Below, one piece after another: positions 41,807 through 60,187 of a stretch of 64,000 nt of DNA. The stretch lies in the NCBI GenBank assembly GCA_030426725.1, contig JAUHXZ010000002.1, positions 5,673 through 69,672 on the forward strand, read 5' to 3'. This DNA comes from Actinomycetes bacterium (lineage in GTDB: Bacteria > Actinomycetota > Actinomycetes > Propionibacteriales > Propionibacteriaceae). The stretch's first letter is position 1, and each line of letters opens with the position of its first letter. Both the position numbers and the translations under genes were made by a program. Below the pieces are notes generated by a model. It searched no databases. It was not told the DNA's origin and saw only the letters and a list, made by a program, of their open reading frames with translations.

Positions 41807-43558
41807 ATGTCTTCCTCCGCGCTGGACCATCTCTCCCCCGCCTTCCCGCAACGCGCGGCGTGGGGCACGGCGTCGTCGCTGCGCGCCTGGCAGCAGGCGG
41901 CCCTCGAGCAGTACGAGCGCGACCAGCCGCGGGATTTCCTCTGCGTTGCCACACCCGGTGCCGGCAAGACCACGTTCGCGCTGCGCATCGCCACCACCCT
42001 CCTGGCCTCCCGGACGGTGCGCCGCATCGTCGTGGTGACTCCCACTGAGCACCTCAAGGTGCAGTGGGCCGACGCCGCGGCCCGGGTGGGCATCCAGCTC
42101 GACCCAGGGCTCGGCGGATCGTCGCGCCGCGGCCGGTCGCGGGAGTACCACGGCTCGGCCGTCACGTATGCGGGCGTCGCGGCCCGCAGCTACGTCTACG
42201 AGGCCCTGTGCCACTCGAAGGAGACGCTGGTCATCTTCGACGAGATCCACCACGCGGGCGATTCCAAGAGCTGGGGCGAGGCGGTGACCTACGCCTTCAC
42301 GCACGCCGCCAGGCGGCTGTCCCTCACCGGCACCCCGTTCCGGTCGGATGACAACCCGATCCCGTTCGTCTCGTACGACGAGGTCGCGCCGGGGGTACGT
42401 CAGTCGCACGCCGACTACACCTACGGTTACACCGAGGCGCTGGCCGACCACGTCGTCCGCCCGGTGCTGTTCATGAACTACGGCGGCCAGATGCGCTGGC
42501 GCACCAAGGCCGGCGACGAACTGGCGGCCGACCTCGGGGTGCCGATGACCAAGGACCTCACCGCCAGCGCCTGGCGCACCGCACTCTCCCCCACCGGTGA
42601 GTGGGTGCAGGCGGTGCTGCGGGCCGCTGACACCCGCCTGACCGAGGTGCGCCGCCACGTCCCCGACGCGGGCGGGCTGGTCATCGCCACGAACCAGACC
42701 ACGGCGCGCGCCTACGCGAAGCTGCTGCACGAACTCACCGGCCACAAGCCCTGCGTCGTGCTGTCGGACGACCAGAAGGCCTCGTCGCGGATCGAGGAGT
42801 TCGCCGAGTCCGACGACCGTTGGATGGTGGCGGTGCGGATGGTTTCCGAGGGTGTCGACGTGCCCAGGCTGTCGGTGGGCGTCTACGCCACTGCGACCTC
42901 GACGCCGCTGTTCTTCGCCCAGGCCGTGGGCCGGTTCGTCCGGACCCGGCGTCGCGGCGAGGTGGCGACAGTGTTCCTGCCCACGGTGCCAGTGCTCCTG
43001 GCGCACGCCGCCACGATCGAGAAGCAGCGCGACCACGTCCTGGGCCGCCCAGCGAAGGACGAAGCCGACATCTGGGCCGAGACGGAAGCGCTGATGGAGC
43101 AGGCCAACCGCAAGGAGGCGGCTTCCGACGACCTGCTGGGCCAGTTCGAGGCGATCGAGTCGAACGCGACGTTCGACCACGTGCTGTTCGACTCGCAGGC
43201 GTTCGGGATGCACGCCGAACCGACGACCGCCGACGAGCAGGACTATCTCGGTCTGCCGGGCCTGCTGGAGCCCAGCCAGGTGACCGCCCTGCTGGCGGAC
43301 CGGCAGCGCCGGCAGCTGCGCCGCCGCGAACGCCACGACAAGAAGTCCGAGCCGGAGGTGCCGCTGCACCGGGCGCTCGCGTCGAAACGCAAGGAGCTCA
43401 ACTCCTTGGTGGCGCAGTACGCCCGTCTCAGGGGCGTCCCGCACAGTCACGTCCATGCGGATCTGCGCCGCGAGTGCGGCGGGCCGCCGTTGGCGTCGGC
43501 ATCGCAGGATCAGGTCGACGCCCGGGTGCGCGCCATCCGCGGCTGGCTGCGCGGTTAA
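41807..43558 (+). CDS. SF2 DEAD/DEAH-box helicase
   Basis: TPGAGKT, FDEIHH, LSLTGTP, VRMVSEGVD, QAVGRFVR. Confidence 0.9.
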   Translation: MSSSALDHLSPAFPQRAAWGTASSLRAWQQAALEQYERDQPRDFLCVATPGAGKTTFALRIATTLLASRTVRRIVVVTPTEHLKVQWADAAARVGIQLDPGLGGSSRRGRSREYHGSAVTYAGVAARSYVYEALCHSKETLVIFDEIHHAGDSKSWGEAVTYAFTHAARRLSLTGTPFRSDDNPIPFVSYDEVAPGVRQSHADYTYGYTEALADHVVRPVLFMNYGGQMRWRTKAGDELAADLGVPMTKDLTASAWRTALSPTGEWVQAVLRAADTRLTEVRRHVPDAGGLVIATNQTTARAYAKLLHELTGHKPCVVLSDDQKASSRIEEFAESDDRWMVAVRMVSEGVDVPRLSVGVYATATSTPLFFAQAVGRFVRTRRRGEVATVFLPTVPVLLAHAATIEKQRDHVLGRPAKDEADIWAETEALMEQANRKEAASDDLLGQFEAIESNATFDHVLFDSQAFGMHAEPTTADEQDYLGLPGLLEPSQVTALLADRQRRQLRRRERHDKKSEPEVPLHRALASKRKELNSLVAQYARLRGVPHSHVHADLRRECGGPPLASASQDQVDARVRAIRGWLRG

Positions 43559-44181
43559 GCCAGGGGGCGGCGCGCCACCGCGAGGAAGATGCCGAACTCG
43601 CGTTCGGCGCCGTCGACGTCCTTCTTGAGCCGGCCGGCGTCGTGGAACGTGACGTCGGCGAAGCCCGCCTCGCGCAGCCAGCGGCCGAAGTGCTCGCGAC
43701 TGAAGCCGTTGTGGCCGTCGAAGTGCTCGTGGTTGGAGTGGAAGGCACCGTCGGGATCGTCGTCCAGGTCGGCCAGCGCGACGCGACCACCCGGCGCGGT
43801 GGCCTCGAAGACGCGAACCAGGACGCCGGCGACATCGGCGATGTGATGGAGCGCCAGCTGGGAGATGACCAGCGAGTAGGGTCCGCCCGACAGCGGTGCG
43901 TCGGCCAGGTCGACGGCGACCGCGGACCAGCCTTCGAGCCCGGCGACGGCACGTGACGCGGCGGCGACCATCTCGGGCGAGGCGTCGAGCAGCGTGGTGG
44001 GGCCGAGCTCGGACGCGAGTGAACGCGCCAGCAGGCCCGTGCCCGCCCCCAGCTCGGCGGTGACCGGACGGTCGTCCAGCGGCACCGCTGCACGGATGGC
44101 GTCGGCGACGCGCCGGCTGCGCTTGACCCGGGCGGGGTCGTCGTCCCAGGTGGCCGCAACTGTGTCGAAATAGTCCTGCAC
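43555..44181 (-). CDS. Class I SAM-dependent methyltransferase
   Basis: FDTVAATWD, ELGAGTG, LDASPEM, LALHHI; GTG start 7 nt after TAGGCT. Confidence 0.85.
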   Translation of the reverse strand: MQDYFDTVAATWDDDPARVKRSRRVADAIRAAVPLDDRPVTAELGAGTGLLARSLASELGPTTLLDASPEMVAAASRAVAGLEGWSAVAVDLADAPLSGGPYSLVISQLALHHIADVAGVLVRVFEATAPGGRVALADLDDDPDGAFHSNHEHFDGHNGFSREHFGRWLREAGFADVTFHDAGRLKKDVDGAEREFGIFLAVARRPLA

Positions 44182-44240
44182 GAACCTGAGCCTAGCCCGG
44201 CGGTTCGGAGACTCGGGATCGACTGGGTACCCTTGAGCCC

Positions 44241-45197
44241 ATGAGCGAGAAAGTTGAACACTCAACCGGTGGCGTGTACTCGGTCAAGGGCCAGGAGTTC
44301 ACACGGGACTCGCGCTACATCGAGACGCGCATCATGGCCGACCCGAGGCCCGGTACCGACGACTACCCGGTGGAACCTGGGCGGTACCGCCTGATCGCCG
44401 CGAGGGCGTGCCCGTGGGCGAACCGGTCGATCATCGTGCGCTCACTGCTGGGACTCGAGGACGTCATTTCGCTCGGCACCCCGGGCCCGGTCCACGACGC
44501 CGACTCCTGGAGCTTCCATCTGGACCCGGACGGCGTCGACCCGGTGCTCGGGATCTCCAAGCTCAAGGACGCCTACGAGCGCCGCTTCCCCGGCTACCCG
44601 CGCGGCATCACGGTCCCGGCGATCGTCGACCTGTCGACCGGTGAGGTCGTGACGAACAACTTCCCGCAGATCACCGAGGACCTCTACTTCCAGTGGCAGG
44701 AGTTCCACAAGCCGGACGCCCCCGACCTGTGGCCGGCCGACCTGAGGCCCGAGATGGACGAGGTCATGCGCCGCGTCTACACCGAGGTCAACAACGGCGT
44801 GTACCGCTGCGGGTTCGCGGGATCCCAGGAGGCCTACGACGAGGCCTACGCCCGGCTATGGACGGCAATGGACTGGCTCGAGGAGCGTCTCGCGGACCGC
44901 CGCTACCTGATGGGCGACCGGTTGACGGAGGCCGACGTCCGGTTGTTCACGACCCTGGTGCGCTTCGACGCGGTCTACCACGGGCACTTCAAGTGCAACC
45001 GTAACAAGCTCACCGAGATGCCCAACCTGTGGGGCTACGCGCGCGACCTCTTCCAGACGCCGGGCTTCGGCGAGACGATCGACTTCGAGCAGATCAAGGC
45101 GCATTACTACGTGGTGCACACGGACCTCAACCCGCTGGGCATCATCCCGAAGGGTCCGGACCTGAGCGGCTGGACGTCGCCGCACGGTCGCGCCTGA
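44241..45197 (+). CDS. Glutathionyl-hydroquinone reductase (YqjG/Xi-class GST-like)
   Basis: [53 protein letters not shown]. Confidence 0.9.
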   Translation: MSEKVEHSTGGVYSVKGQEFTRDSRYIETRIMADPRPGTDDYPVEPGRYRLIAARACPWANRSIIVRSLLGLEDVISLGTPGPVHDADSWSFHLDPDGVDPVLGISKLKDAYERRFPGYPRGITVPAIVDLSTGEVVTNNFPQITEDLYFQWQEFHKPDAPDLWPADLRPEMDEVMRRVYTEVNNGVYRCGFAGSQEAYDEAYARLWTAMDWLEERLADRRYLMGDRLTEADVRLFTTLVRFDAVYHGHFKCNRNKLTEMPNLWGYARDLFQTPGFGETIDFEQIKAHYYVVHTDLNPLGIIPKGPDLSGWTSPHGRA

Positions 45198-45304
45198 CAC
45201 CGACACCGCGGGACGGCGTTCAGCGCTCCCGCCCTCACGCGGGCGCGTATCGTGGAGCGCAGGGAATCCCAGCGCCCTTCCGTGAACGGGAGGGGGTGAG
45301 AGAA

Positions 45305-45796
45305 ATGAGCAAGGTCAGGACCAGGATCGAGGACTCGATCCACATCGACGCCCCGCCACACGAGGTCTACGCGTACTGCATGGATCCGGCGAAGCTCTTC
45401 GCCGACGACCCCAAGACCGTCGTCGACTCGTTCGTCGAGCCTGCCGGCATCGGGACGACCGCACGTCTCGAGTACCGCAGCGGCGACATGGTCGAGGACG
45501 ACCGACTCTGGTACTCCGACGTCGTACCGGATTCGAGGATCGACATCTCCATGCAACCGAACCTGTCGATCCACGGGGCCAGGAGCCCCCTCCACGAGTC
45601 GGCGCTGTACACGCTGACACACACCTTCGAGGCCGACGGCGGCGGAACCCGCATGACGATCGCCGTGAAGGTACACGACGAGCCCGTGTTCGAGCGCATC
45701 GCCGACCGGTTCCACGACCACGGCCCCGAACGCCTCGTGCACGATCGGCTCAGCAGGATCAGGGAGGCCGTCGAGCAGAGCCTCGCGACCGCCTGA
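45305..45796 (+). CDS. SRPBCC/polyketide-cyclase-like protein
   Basis: IHIDAPPHEVYAY start, HTFEADGGGTRMT; family call by pattern only. Confidence 0.65.
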   Translation: MSKVRTRIEDSIHIDAPPHEVYAYCMDPAKLFADDPKTVVDSFVEPAGIGTTARLEYRSGDMVEDDRLWYSDVVPDSRIDISMQPNLSIHGARSPLHESALYTLTHTFEADGGGTRMTIAVKVHDEPVFERIADRFHDHGPERLVHDRLSRIREAVEQSLATA

Positions 45797-45906
45797 GTCA
45801 GCCGAGGCACGGGTCCGGCCCGATCACGAGCGGGCGGCATCGGCCGCATCCGCCGTCTCACCACTGAAGCGACGGCAGCCGCAGAACCGTCGCCACACCG
45901 AATACG

Positions 45907-45938
45907 GGAAGGGCCGGGGCATCCGCCCCGGCCCTTCC
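45907..45938. terminator. Hairpin between convergent SRPBCC and hsp20
   Basis: GGAAGGGCCGGGGC/GCCCCGGCCCTTCC perfect stem. Confidence 0.8.
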
Positions 45939-45966
45939 TGCTTGATTCGGGCGATCGCCCCGAAGG

Positions 45967-46386
45967 TCAGCCGCCCTCGATGACGTTCTCGCGCCCGGCG
46001 TGCTGCACCTCGATCTTGCGGGGCTTCGCGGCCTCCGCGACCGGGATGGTCAGGGTCAGGACGCCGTCGGAGTAGGAGGCGCTGATCTGGTCGGTGGCGA
46101 GCCCACGGCCGAGCGTGAGCTGGCGGGCGAAAGTGCCGACCGCGCGCTCACGTGCGAACCACTGGACGTCGTCGTCGGTCGGGGCGGTGCGCTCCGCCCG
46201 GACCGTGACGGTGGCGCCGTCCATGTCGATGTCGATGCTCGACGGGTCGACGCCGGGCATGTCGATGTGGGCGACGAAGTCGTCGCCGGTGCGGTAGAGA
46301 TCCATCGGCATCGCCACCGAGGCGGGCGAACGGGTGACGTCGCTCAGCAGGCGGTCGAAGTCGCGGAGGGTGTCAAAGCCAGGCAT
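45967..46386 (-). CDS. Hsp20/alpha-crystallin small heat shock protein
   Basis: MPMDLYR, DMPGVDPSSIDI, RERAVGTFARQL, ASYSDGVLTLTIP. Confidence 0.93.
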   Translation of the reverse strand: MPGFDTLRDFDRLLSDVTRSPASVAMPMDLYRTGDDFVAHIDMPGVDPSSIDIDMDGATVTVRAERTAPTDDDVQWFARERAVGTFARQLTLGRGLATDQISASYSDGVLTLTIPVAEAAKPRKIEVQHAGRENVIEGG

Positions 46387-46428
46387 TGGGGCTCCTTTCA
46401 TCTGTCGTGAAATGCCAGACCTGTTTGA

Positions 46429-46520
46429 GTTGAGTCTAGCACGCTCAACTTGAGTAATCATGGATTGAGTCTAGCACGCTCAACCGGCATCGCCAACACC
46501 TTGAGCCGGGCACGCTCAAC
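46429..46520. promoter_or_regulatory. Three HAIR (HspR operator) inverted repeats
   Basis: TTGAG-N9-CTCAA at 46430-46448, 46465-46483 and 46501-46519; matches CTTGAGT-N7-ACTCAAG. Confidence 0.88.
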
Positions 46521-46567
46521 CTTGATTCAGGGCCAGTGGGCGTCGCATCGCAGCGCGAAAGACGACC

Positions 46568-46999
46568 GACGCCAGCGCTCCTGTCCGACGCCCGCGCCAT
46601 TGCGCTGGCATGGAGCAGCAAGGCTGGCGTCCACAAAGTGATGAGCACCCACCCGCCGCCACCAGCACGAGGGCGTCGAGGGGTGGGGCCGGGGCAGGTT
46701 GGGTGGGCGTCGCGACCGGGCCGGCGCGAAGCGCCCGTCCCGGGAGCGTGGGCGGCCCGGCCACCAGCATGAGGGCGTCGAGGGGTGGGGCCGGGGCAGG
46801 TTGGGTGGGCGTCGCGACCGGACCGGCGCGAAGCGCCCGTCCCGGGAGCGTGGGCGGCCCGGCCACCAGCATGAGGGTGGCGAGGGGTGGGGCCGGGGCA
46901 GGTTGGGTGGGCGTCGCGACCGGACCGGCGCGAAGCGCCCGTCCCGGGAGCGTGGGCGGCCCGGCCCCACCCCTCGACACCTGGGCCTGGGCACAGTTC
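46568..46999. repeat. Dispersed structured repeat, copy C (leader domain + 3 tandem 102-bp units)
   Basis: Units start at 46661, 46763 and 46865. Confidence 0.92.
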
Positions 47000-47092
47000 C
47001 GCTGGCGGGCGGACGTCGGTTTCGACGCGGGGACGTCGCAGAGCGACGTCGCCCGGCTCACCCGCGGGGTGGCCGGGCCCGACCGGCGAGGA

Positions 47093-48550
47093 TCAGAGGG
47101 AGGCGCGCAGGGCGCGGAGCCGGGCGAGCGAGGACTCGCGGCCCAGCAGTTCCATCGACTCGAAGAGCGGCGGGGAGACCTTGCGCCCCGACACCGCCAC
47201 CCGGATGGGCGCGAACGCGAACTTCGGCTTGATGCCCATCCCCTCGACGATCCGTTCGCGCAGGGCCGCCTGGATCGCGTCCGCCTCGAACGGCACCGAC
47301 TCGGTCACCGAGATGGCGGCGTCCAGGACGTCGGCCGCGGTGTCCGCCAGGCCCGCGACTGCGGCCTCTTCGACGGTGAGCTCGTCGTCGGCGACGAAGA
47401 GAAAGTCGAGCTGCGGCAACGCGTCCTTCAGCAGCACGAGGCGCTCCTGGATGATCGGCACCGCGCGCCGCAGGGTGTCCTGCTGCCCGGGCGTGGGCGA
47501 CCAGGCGTCGGCCGTGAATTCCAGGATGCGGTCGGCCAGCTCGTCGGCGCTGAGCGAGCGGATGTAGTAGCCGTTGAGCCAGTCGAGCTTCTTGAGGTCG
47601 AAGATCGGGCCAACCGTGTTGACCTTGCCCCACGAGAAGTCGGCGACGAAATCGTCGAAGCTCTTCACCTCGTTCTCCTCGTCCCCGGCGTAGCCGAGGA
47701 GCTGGAGGAAGTTGCGCACGGCCTCCGGCAGGTAGCCGTTCTCCTTGAACCACATGAGCCTGGCGGCCGGGTTCTTGCGCTTCGAGATCTTGGACTTGTC
47801 GGTGTTGCGCAGCAGCGGCATGTGGGCGAAGGCGGGCCGCTCCCAGCCCAGCCAGTCGTAGAGCAGGATGTGCTTCGGCGTCGAGGAGATCCACTCCTCG
47901 CCGCGGACGACCGTGTTGATCCCCATGAGGTGATCGTCAACGACGACGGCCATGTGGTAGGTCGGGAACCCGTCGGTCTTGAGGATCACCTGGTCGTCGG
48001 GGCGCGGGGCCTTCACCGTGCCGCGGATGATGTCGGCGAACTCCAGCTCCACGTCGTCGGGGATGAGCATCCGCACGACGGGCTTCTCGGAGAAGCCGGG
48101 CAACGCGGCGCGCTCCTCACGGGTCTTGCCGAGGCACAGCCGGTCGTAGCCGGTCACCGACTGCTTCTGCGCCTCCTGCTCCTTGCGCAGCCCCGCGAGC
48201 CTCTCCGCGGTGCACCAGCAGTAGTAGGCGTGGCCGTCGGCGACGAGCTGGTCGACGAAGGGGCGGTAGGTGTCGAGACGCTCGGACTGCCGGTACGGGC
48301 CGAAGTCCCCGCCCAGGTGCGGGCCCTCGTCGGGCTGCAGTCCGAGCCACGCCAGGCCGTCGTAGATCTGCTGTTCGCTGCCCTCGACGAGCCGCTTGCG
48401 GTCCGTGTCCTCGACGCGCAGGACGAACGCGCCCCCCGTCTTGCGCGCCCAGGCGAGGTCGAAGAGAGCCATGAAGGCGGTTCCGACGTGGGGGTCGCCC
48501 GTGGGCGACGGCGCGACACGGGTGCGCGCGGGGGTGGAGGGTTCGCTCAT
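47093..48550 (-). CDS. gltX: Glutamate--tRNA ligase
   Basis: APSPTGDPHVG (HIGH), LRVEDTD, PTYHMAVVVDD, KISKR (KMSKS). Confidence 0.95.
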   Translation of the reverse strand: MSEPSTPARTRVAPSPTGDPHVGTAFMALFDLAWARKTGGAFVLRVEDTDRKRLVEGSEQQIYDGLAWLGLQPDEGPHLGGDFGPYRQSERLDTYRPFVDQLVADGHAYYCWCTAERLAGLRKEQEAQKQSVTGYDRLCLGKTREERAALPGFSEKPVVRMLIPDDVELEFADIIRGTVKAPRPDDQVILKTDGFPTYHMAVVVDDHLMGINTVVRGEEWISSTPKHILLYDWLGWERPAFAHMPLLRNTDKSKISKRKNPAARLMWFKENGYLPEAVRNFLQLLGYAGDEENEVKSFDDFVADFSWGKVNTVGPIFDLKKLDWLNGYYIRSLSADELADRILEFTADAWSPTPGQQDTLRRAVPIIQERLVLLKDALPQLDFLFVADDELTVEEAAVAGLADTAADVLDAAISVTESVPFEADAIQAALRERIVEGMGIKPKFAFAPIRVAVSGRKVSPPLFESMELLGRESSLARLRALRASL

Positions 48551-48583
48551 AGTGGTTTCACCCTATCGGGCATCCTGGGTGGC

Positions 48584-49141
48584 ATGGACACGCAACCCGG
48601 CCCGCCCCCGGAGAGGGCCCTGCGGGAGGCGCGTGACGCGGTTCAGCAGGCCGCGGCCGGCGCGTCCCCCCGTGGGGAGCCGCAACCCGCGCCGCTGACG
48701 CGGGCCGTGGCGCATGTCCTCGACGATCTGCTCCCGGTGCCGGGCACCTCGGCGCGGGTCGGCGTCGATCCGTTCCTCTCCCTCGTCCCCGGGGCGGGAA
48801 GCACGGTCGGCACCGCGGTGGGCGGGGTCGTGCTCGTCGACGCCGTGCGGCTGCGCGCCCCCGTGCCGGTGCTGGCGCGCATGGTCACCAACGCCCTGCT
48901 CGACTGGCTGCTCGGCCTCATCCCTTTCGCCGGCCCGTTCTTCGACGTCGCCTACCGGTCCAACCGCAAGAACATCAAGCTGCTCAACCGCACCATCGAG
49001 GATCGCGCACTCGTGCATCGCGCGTCGGTGCGCTACTGGTTCGCGGCGGCCGGTCTCCTGGCCCTCCTCCTGGTGGCGATCCTCGCCGTGCCGCTGGTCA
49101 TCATCCTCGGGCTCGGCAACCTCCTCACCGGCGCAGGCTGA
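48584..49141 (+). CDS. DUF4112-like membrane protein
   Basis: VLDDLLPVPGT...GVDPFLSLVPGAG...LIPFAGPFFDVAYRSNRKN. Confidence 0.75.
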   Translation: MDTQPGPPPERALREARDAVQQAAAGASPRGEPQPAPLTRAVAHVLDDLLPVPGTSARVGVDPFLSLVPGAGSTVGTAVGGVVLVDAVRLRAPVPVLARMVTNALLDWLLGLIPFAGPFFDVAYRSNRKNIKLLNRTIEDRALVHRASVRYWFAAAGLLALLLVAILAVPLVIILGLGNLLTGAG

Positions 49142-49179
49142 CTGCGGGTCCGACGATGAGGGCGTGCTAATTTACCGCC

Positions 49180-50862
<1,683 letters not shown>

Positions 50863-50876
50863 TCTCCGGCTGACCC

Positions 50877-51308
50877 TCAGGTGTCGCGGCGCATGAGGAC
50901 GTGCGGGATGCCCGCCTCGAGGAAGACCTCGCCCTCCCTGGTGAAGCCCTGGTCCGCGTACCAGCGCTGCAGGTGCGCCTGTGCGTGCAGTTCCACGGGC
51001 GCGTCGCCAAGAAGGTCCAGCGTGTAGCGGATGAGGCGGGCCGCGAGCCCCTTGCTTCGATGCTCGAGGTCCGTGGCGACGCGCCCGATCACCCAGCCAT
51101 CGCCCTCGCGGAGCACCCGGAGCGTCGTGACGGGGTCGCCCTCGAGCTCCCCCCAGACCAGGAACGCCCCGGACTCCAGCTCGCGGCCGTCGAGGTCCGG
51201 CTCCGGCACGTCCTGCTCGACGATGAACACGCGGCTGCGGAGCCAGAAGATCCGGTAGGCGGTGAGGGTGTCCACGTCGGGCAGCGGAGCGTGCGAGATC
51301 TGCAGCAT
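50877..51308 (-). CDS. GNAT N-acetyltransferase (ElaA-like)
   Basis: LRSRVFIVEQ, IGRVAT...RSKGLA, LHAQAHL, FLEAGIPH. Confidence 0.88.
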   Translation of the reverse strand: MLQISHAPLPDVDTLTAYRIFWLRSRVFIVEQDVPEPDLDGRELESGAFLVWGELEGDPVTTLRVLREGDGWVIGRVATDLEHRSKGLAARLIRYTLDLLGDAPVELHAQAHLQRWYADQGFTREGEVFLEAGIPHVLMRRDT

Positions 51309-51370
51309 GGCTCGACACCCTATCGCCCGGCGCCCGCCCCACGCATCGCCGTGCCCCGCGGCGGACATGA

Positions 51371-51408
51371 CACGAGGGCCGTGCAGCAGATGCTGCACGG
51401 CCCTCGTG
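51371..51408. terminator. Hairpin after tuf
   Basis: Perfect inverted repeat CACGAGGGCCGTGCAGCA/TGCTGCACGGCCCTCGTG. Confidence 0.85.
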
Positions 51409-51432
51409 GATGTGTCGCTGGCGCGACCTAGA

Positions 51433-52632
<1,200 letters not shown>

Positions 52633-52740
52633 GAGGGCTCCTTCTTGGGGTATCGCCACGCCGGGTGCGGGGCGTCTCTAGTTTGTTTCCTCGATCGGAG
52701 GTCAGCAACCGAGCCTACTGCTCAGATGCATACCTGCCTA

Positions 52741-52768
52741 ATCGTATCGGAGCCTCTCCCCCAGTCAA
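52741..52768 (-). promoter_or_regulatory. Internal tuf promoter
   Basis: TTGACT-N16-TACGAT. Confidence 0.55.
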
Positions 52769-52847
52769 ACCGATGGCGAAGGCTGCCCCGAAAGCACTCG
52801 GGCCGACCGGGGAGTCCCCGACCGGCCCGAGCCAATTGTGCGTCAGA

Positions 52848-54932
<2,085 letters not shown>

Positions 54933-54975
54933 TGTGCAGCCCTTCGGAAGTGGATCTTAAGAAGTTGGGCAGGTG

Positions 54976-55006
54976 GATGCCCCCGGCCCGAAGGCGCGGG
55001 GGCATC
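54976..55006 (-). terminator. Hairpin between rpsG and fusA (terminator, attenuator or stabiliser)
   Basis: GATGCCCCC/GGGGGCATC stem 3 nt after the rpsG stop. Confidence 0.5.
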
Positions 55007-55009
55007 GAA

Positions 55010-55480
55010 TCACCAGCGGTAGTGCGCGAAGGCGCGGTTCGCCTCGGCCATCTTGTGGGTGTCCTCACGACGCTTCACCGAAGCGCCGAGCCCGTTGGAG
55101 GCGTCGAGGATCTCGTTCATCAGACGCTCGGTCATCGTCTTCTCGCGGCGGGCGCGGGAGAAGCTGACGAGCCAGCGCATGGCCAGCGTGTTCTGACGGC
55201 CCGGCTTGACCTCGATCGGCACCTGGTAGGTGGCGCCGCCGACGCGGCGGGACTTGACCTCGACGGACGGCTTGACGTTGTCCAGCGCGCGCTTGAGCGT
55301 CTGCACCGGATCCACGCCGGTCTTGGCGCGGGTGCCTTCGAGGGCGTCGTAGACGATGCTCTGCGCGACGGTCTTCTTGCCGTCGAGCAGGATCTTGCTG
55401 ACGAGCTGGGAGACCAGCGGCGAGCCGTAGACCGGGTCGACGAGGACCGGGCGCTTCGGGGCGGGACCCTTACGAGGCAT
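55010..55480 (-). CDS. rpsG: 30S ribosomal protein S7
   Basis: [34 protein letters not shown]. Confidence 0.98.
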   Translation of the reverse strand: MPRKGPAPKRPVLVDPVYGSPLVSQLVSKILLDGKKTVAQSIVYDALEGTRAKTGVDPVQTLKRALDNVKPSVEVKSRRVGGATYQVPIEVKPGRQNTLAMRWLVSFSRARREKTMTERLMNEILDASNGLGASVKRREDTHKMAEANRAFAHYRW

Positions 55481-55851
55481 TACTTCTCCTTCTTCGCGCC
55501 GTAGCGGCTGCGGGCCTGCTTGCGGTTCTTGACACCCTGGGTGTCGAGCGCGCCACGGATGATCTTGTAGCGGACGCCGGGGAGGTCCTTCACGCGGCCA
55601 CCGCGGACGAGCACCATCGAGTGCTCCTGAAGGTTGTGTCCGACGCCGGGGATGTAGGCGGTGACTTCGATGCCGGAGCTCAGACGCACGCGCGCGACCT
55701 TGCGGAGCGCGGAGTTCGGCTTCTTCGGCGTGGTGGTGTACACACGGGTGCACACGCCGCGGCGCTGGGGCGAGCCCTTGAGCGCGGGGGTCTTGTTCTT
55801 GGAGACTTTGTCCGTCCGGCCCTTACGGACCAGCTGCTGAATAGTTGGCAC
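55480..55851 (-). CDS. rpsL: 30S ribosomal protein S12
   Basis: [32 protein letters not shown]. Confidence 0.99.
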   Translation of the reverse strand: MPTIQQLVRKGRTDKVSKNKTPALKGSPQRRGVCTRVYTTTPKKPNSALRKVARVRLSSGIEVTAYIPGVGHNLQEHSMVLVRGGRVKDLPGVRYKIIRGALDTQGVKNRKQARSRYGAKKEK

Positions 55852-56060
55852 CTGCTGGTATCGCTTTCTTCGTTGTCTGTGTACGTTTGTCTTCCCTGGC
55901 GCAGCTTCTCCAGCCCGCCCCCGAGGTCACCGTTTCCCGGGTGGCGGCGGTATGGATCACTGCCGTGCGATACTCCGCACGTCTCGCTCTCCGCAACGTC
56001 AAGAGCGATCTGCAAGCCAGCGCACGCACAAGTAGCCCGAGCGTTCGGGCACGCCTGACT

Positions 56061-56089
56061 AGATTACTCCAGCCCCACCGCAGGGTCAA
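56061..56089 (-). promoter_or_regulatory. str operon promoter
   Basis: TTGACC-N17-TAATCT; the -35 overlaps the U tract of the rpoC terminator. Confidence 0.7.
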
Positions 56090-56130
56090 AAACGGCGGGG
56101 TCCGGGCGCTTCAGCGCCCGGACCCCGCCG
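56088..56130 (-). terminator. Intrinsic terminator after rpoC
   Basis: CGGCGGGGTCCGGGCGCT/AGCGCCCGGACCCCGCCG stem plus U5. Confidence 0.9.
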
Positions 56131-56144
56131 TAGACCTGGGACGA

Positions 56145-60083
<3,939 letters not shown>

Positions 60084-60187
60084 GTTTTCTTCTCTTTCCC
60101 CTACGCCGTCGCGCGCAGGTGCCGATTCGTGTGTGAGTCTGAGTTGTTGGTCCGGGTGCGTGACCCGGTGATGACTGAGCGCAACAC

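Noticed and set aside
40066-43558. Photolyase plus helicase as a DNA-repair operon
   Set aside because: They are separated by 355 bp containing repeat copy B, and the helicase has its own TACAGT -10; adjacency alone is weak evidence.
55480-55851. Streptomycin-resistance alleles in rpsL
   Set aside because: K43 and K88 equivalents are wild type.
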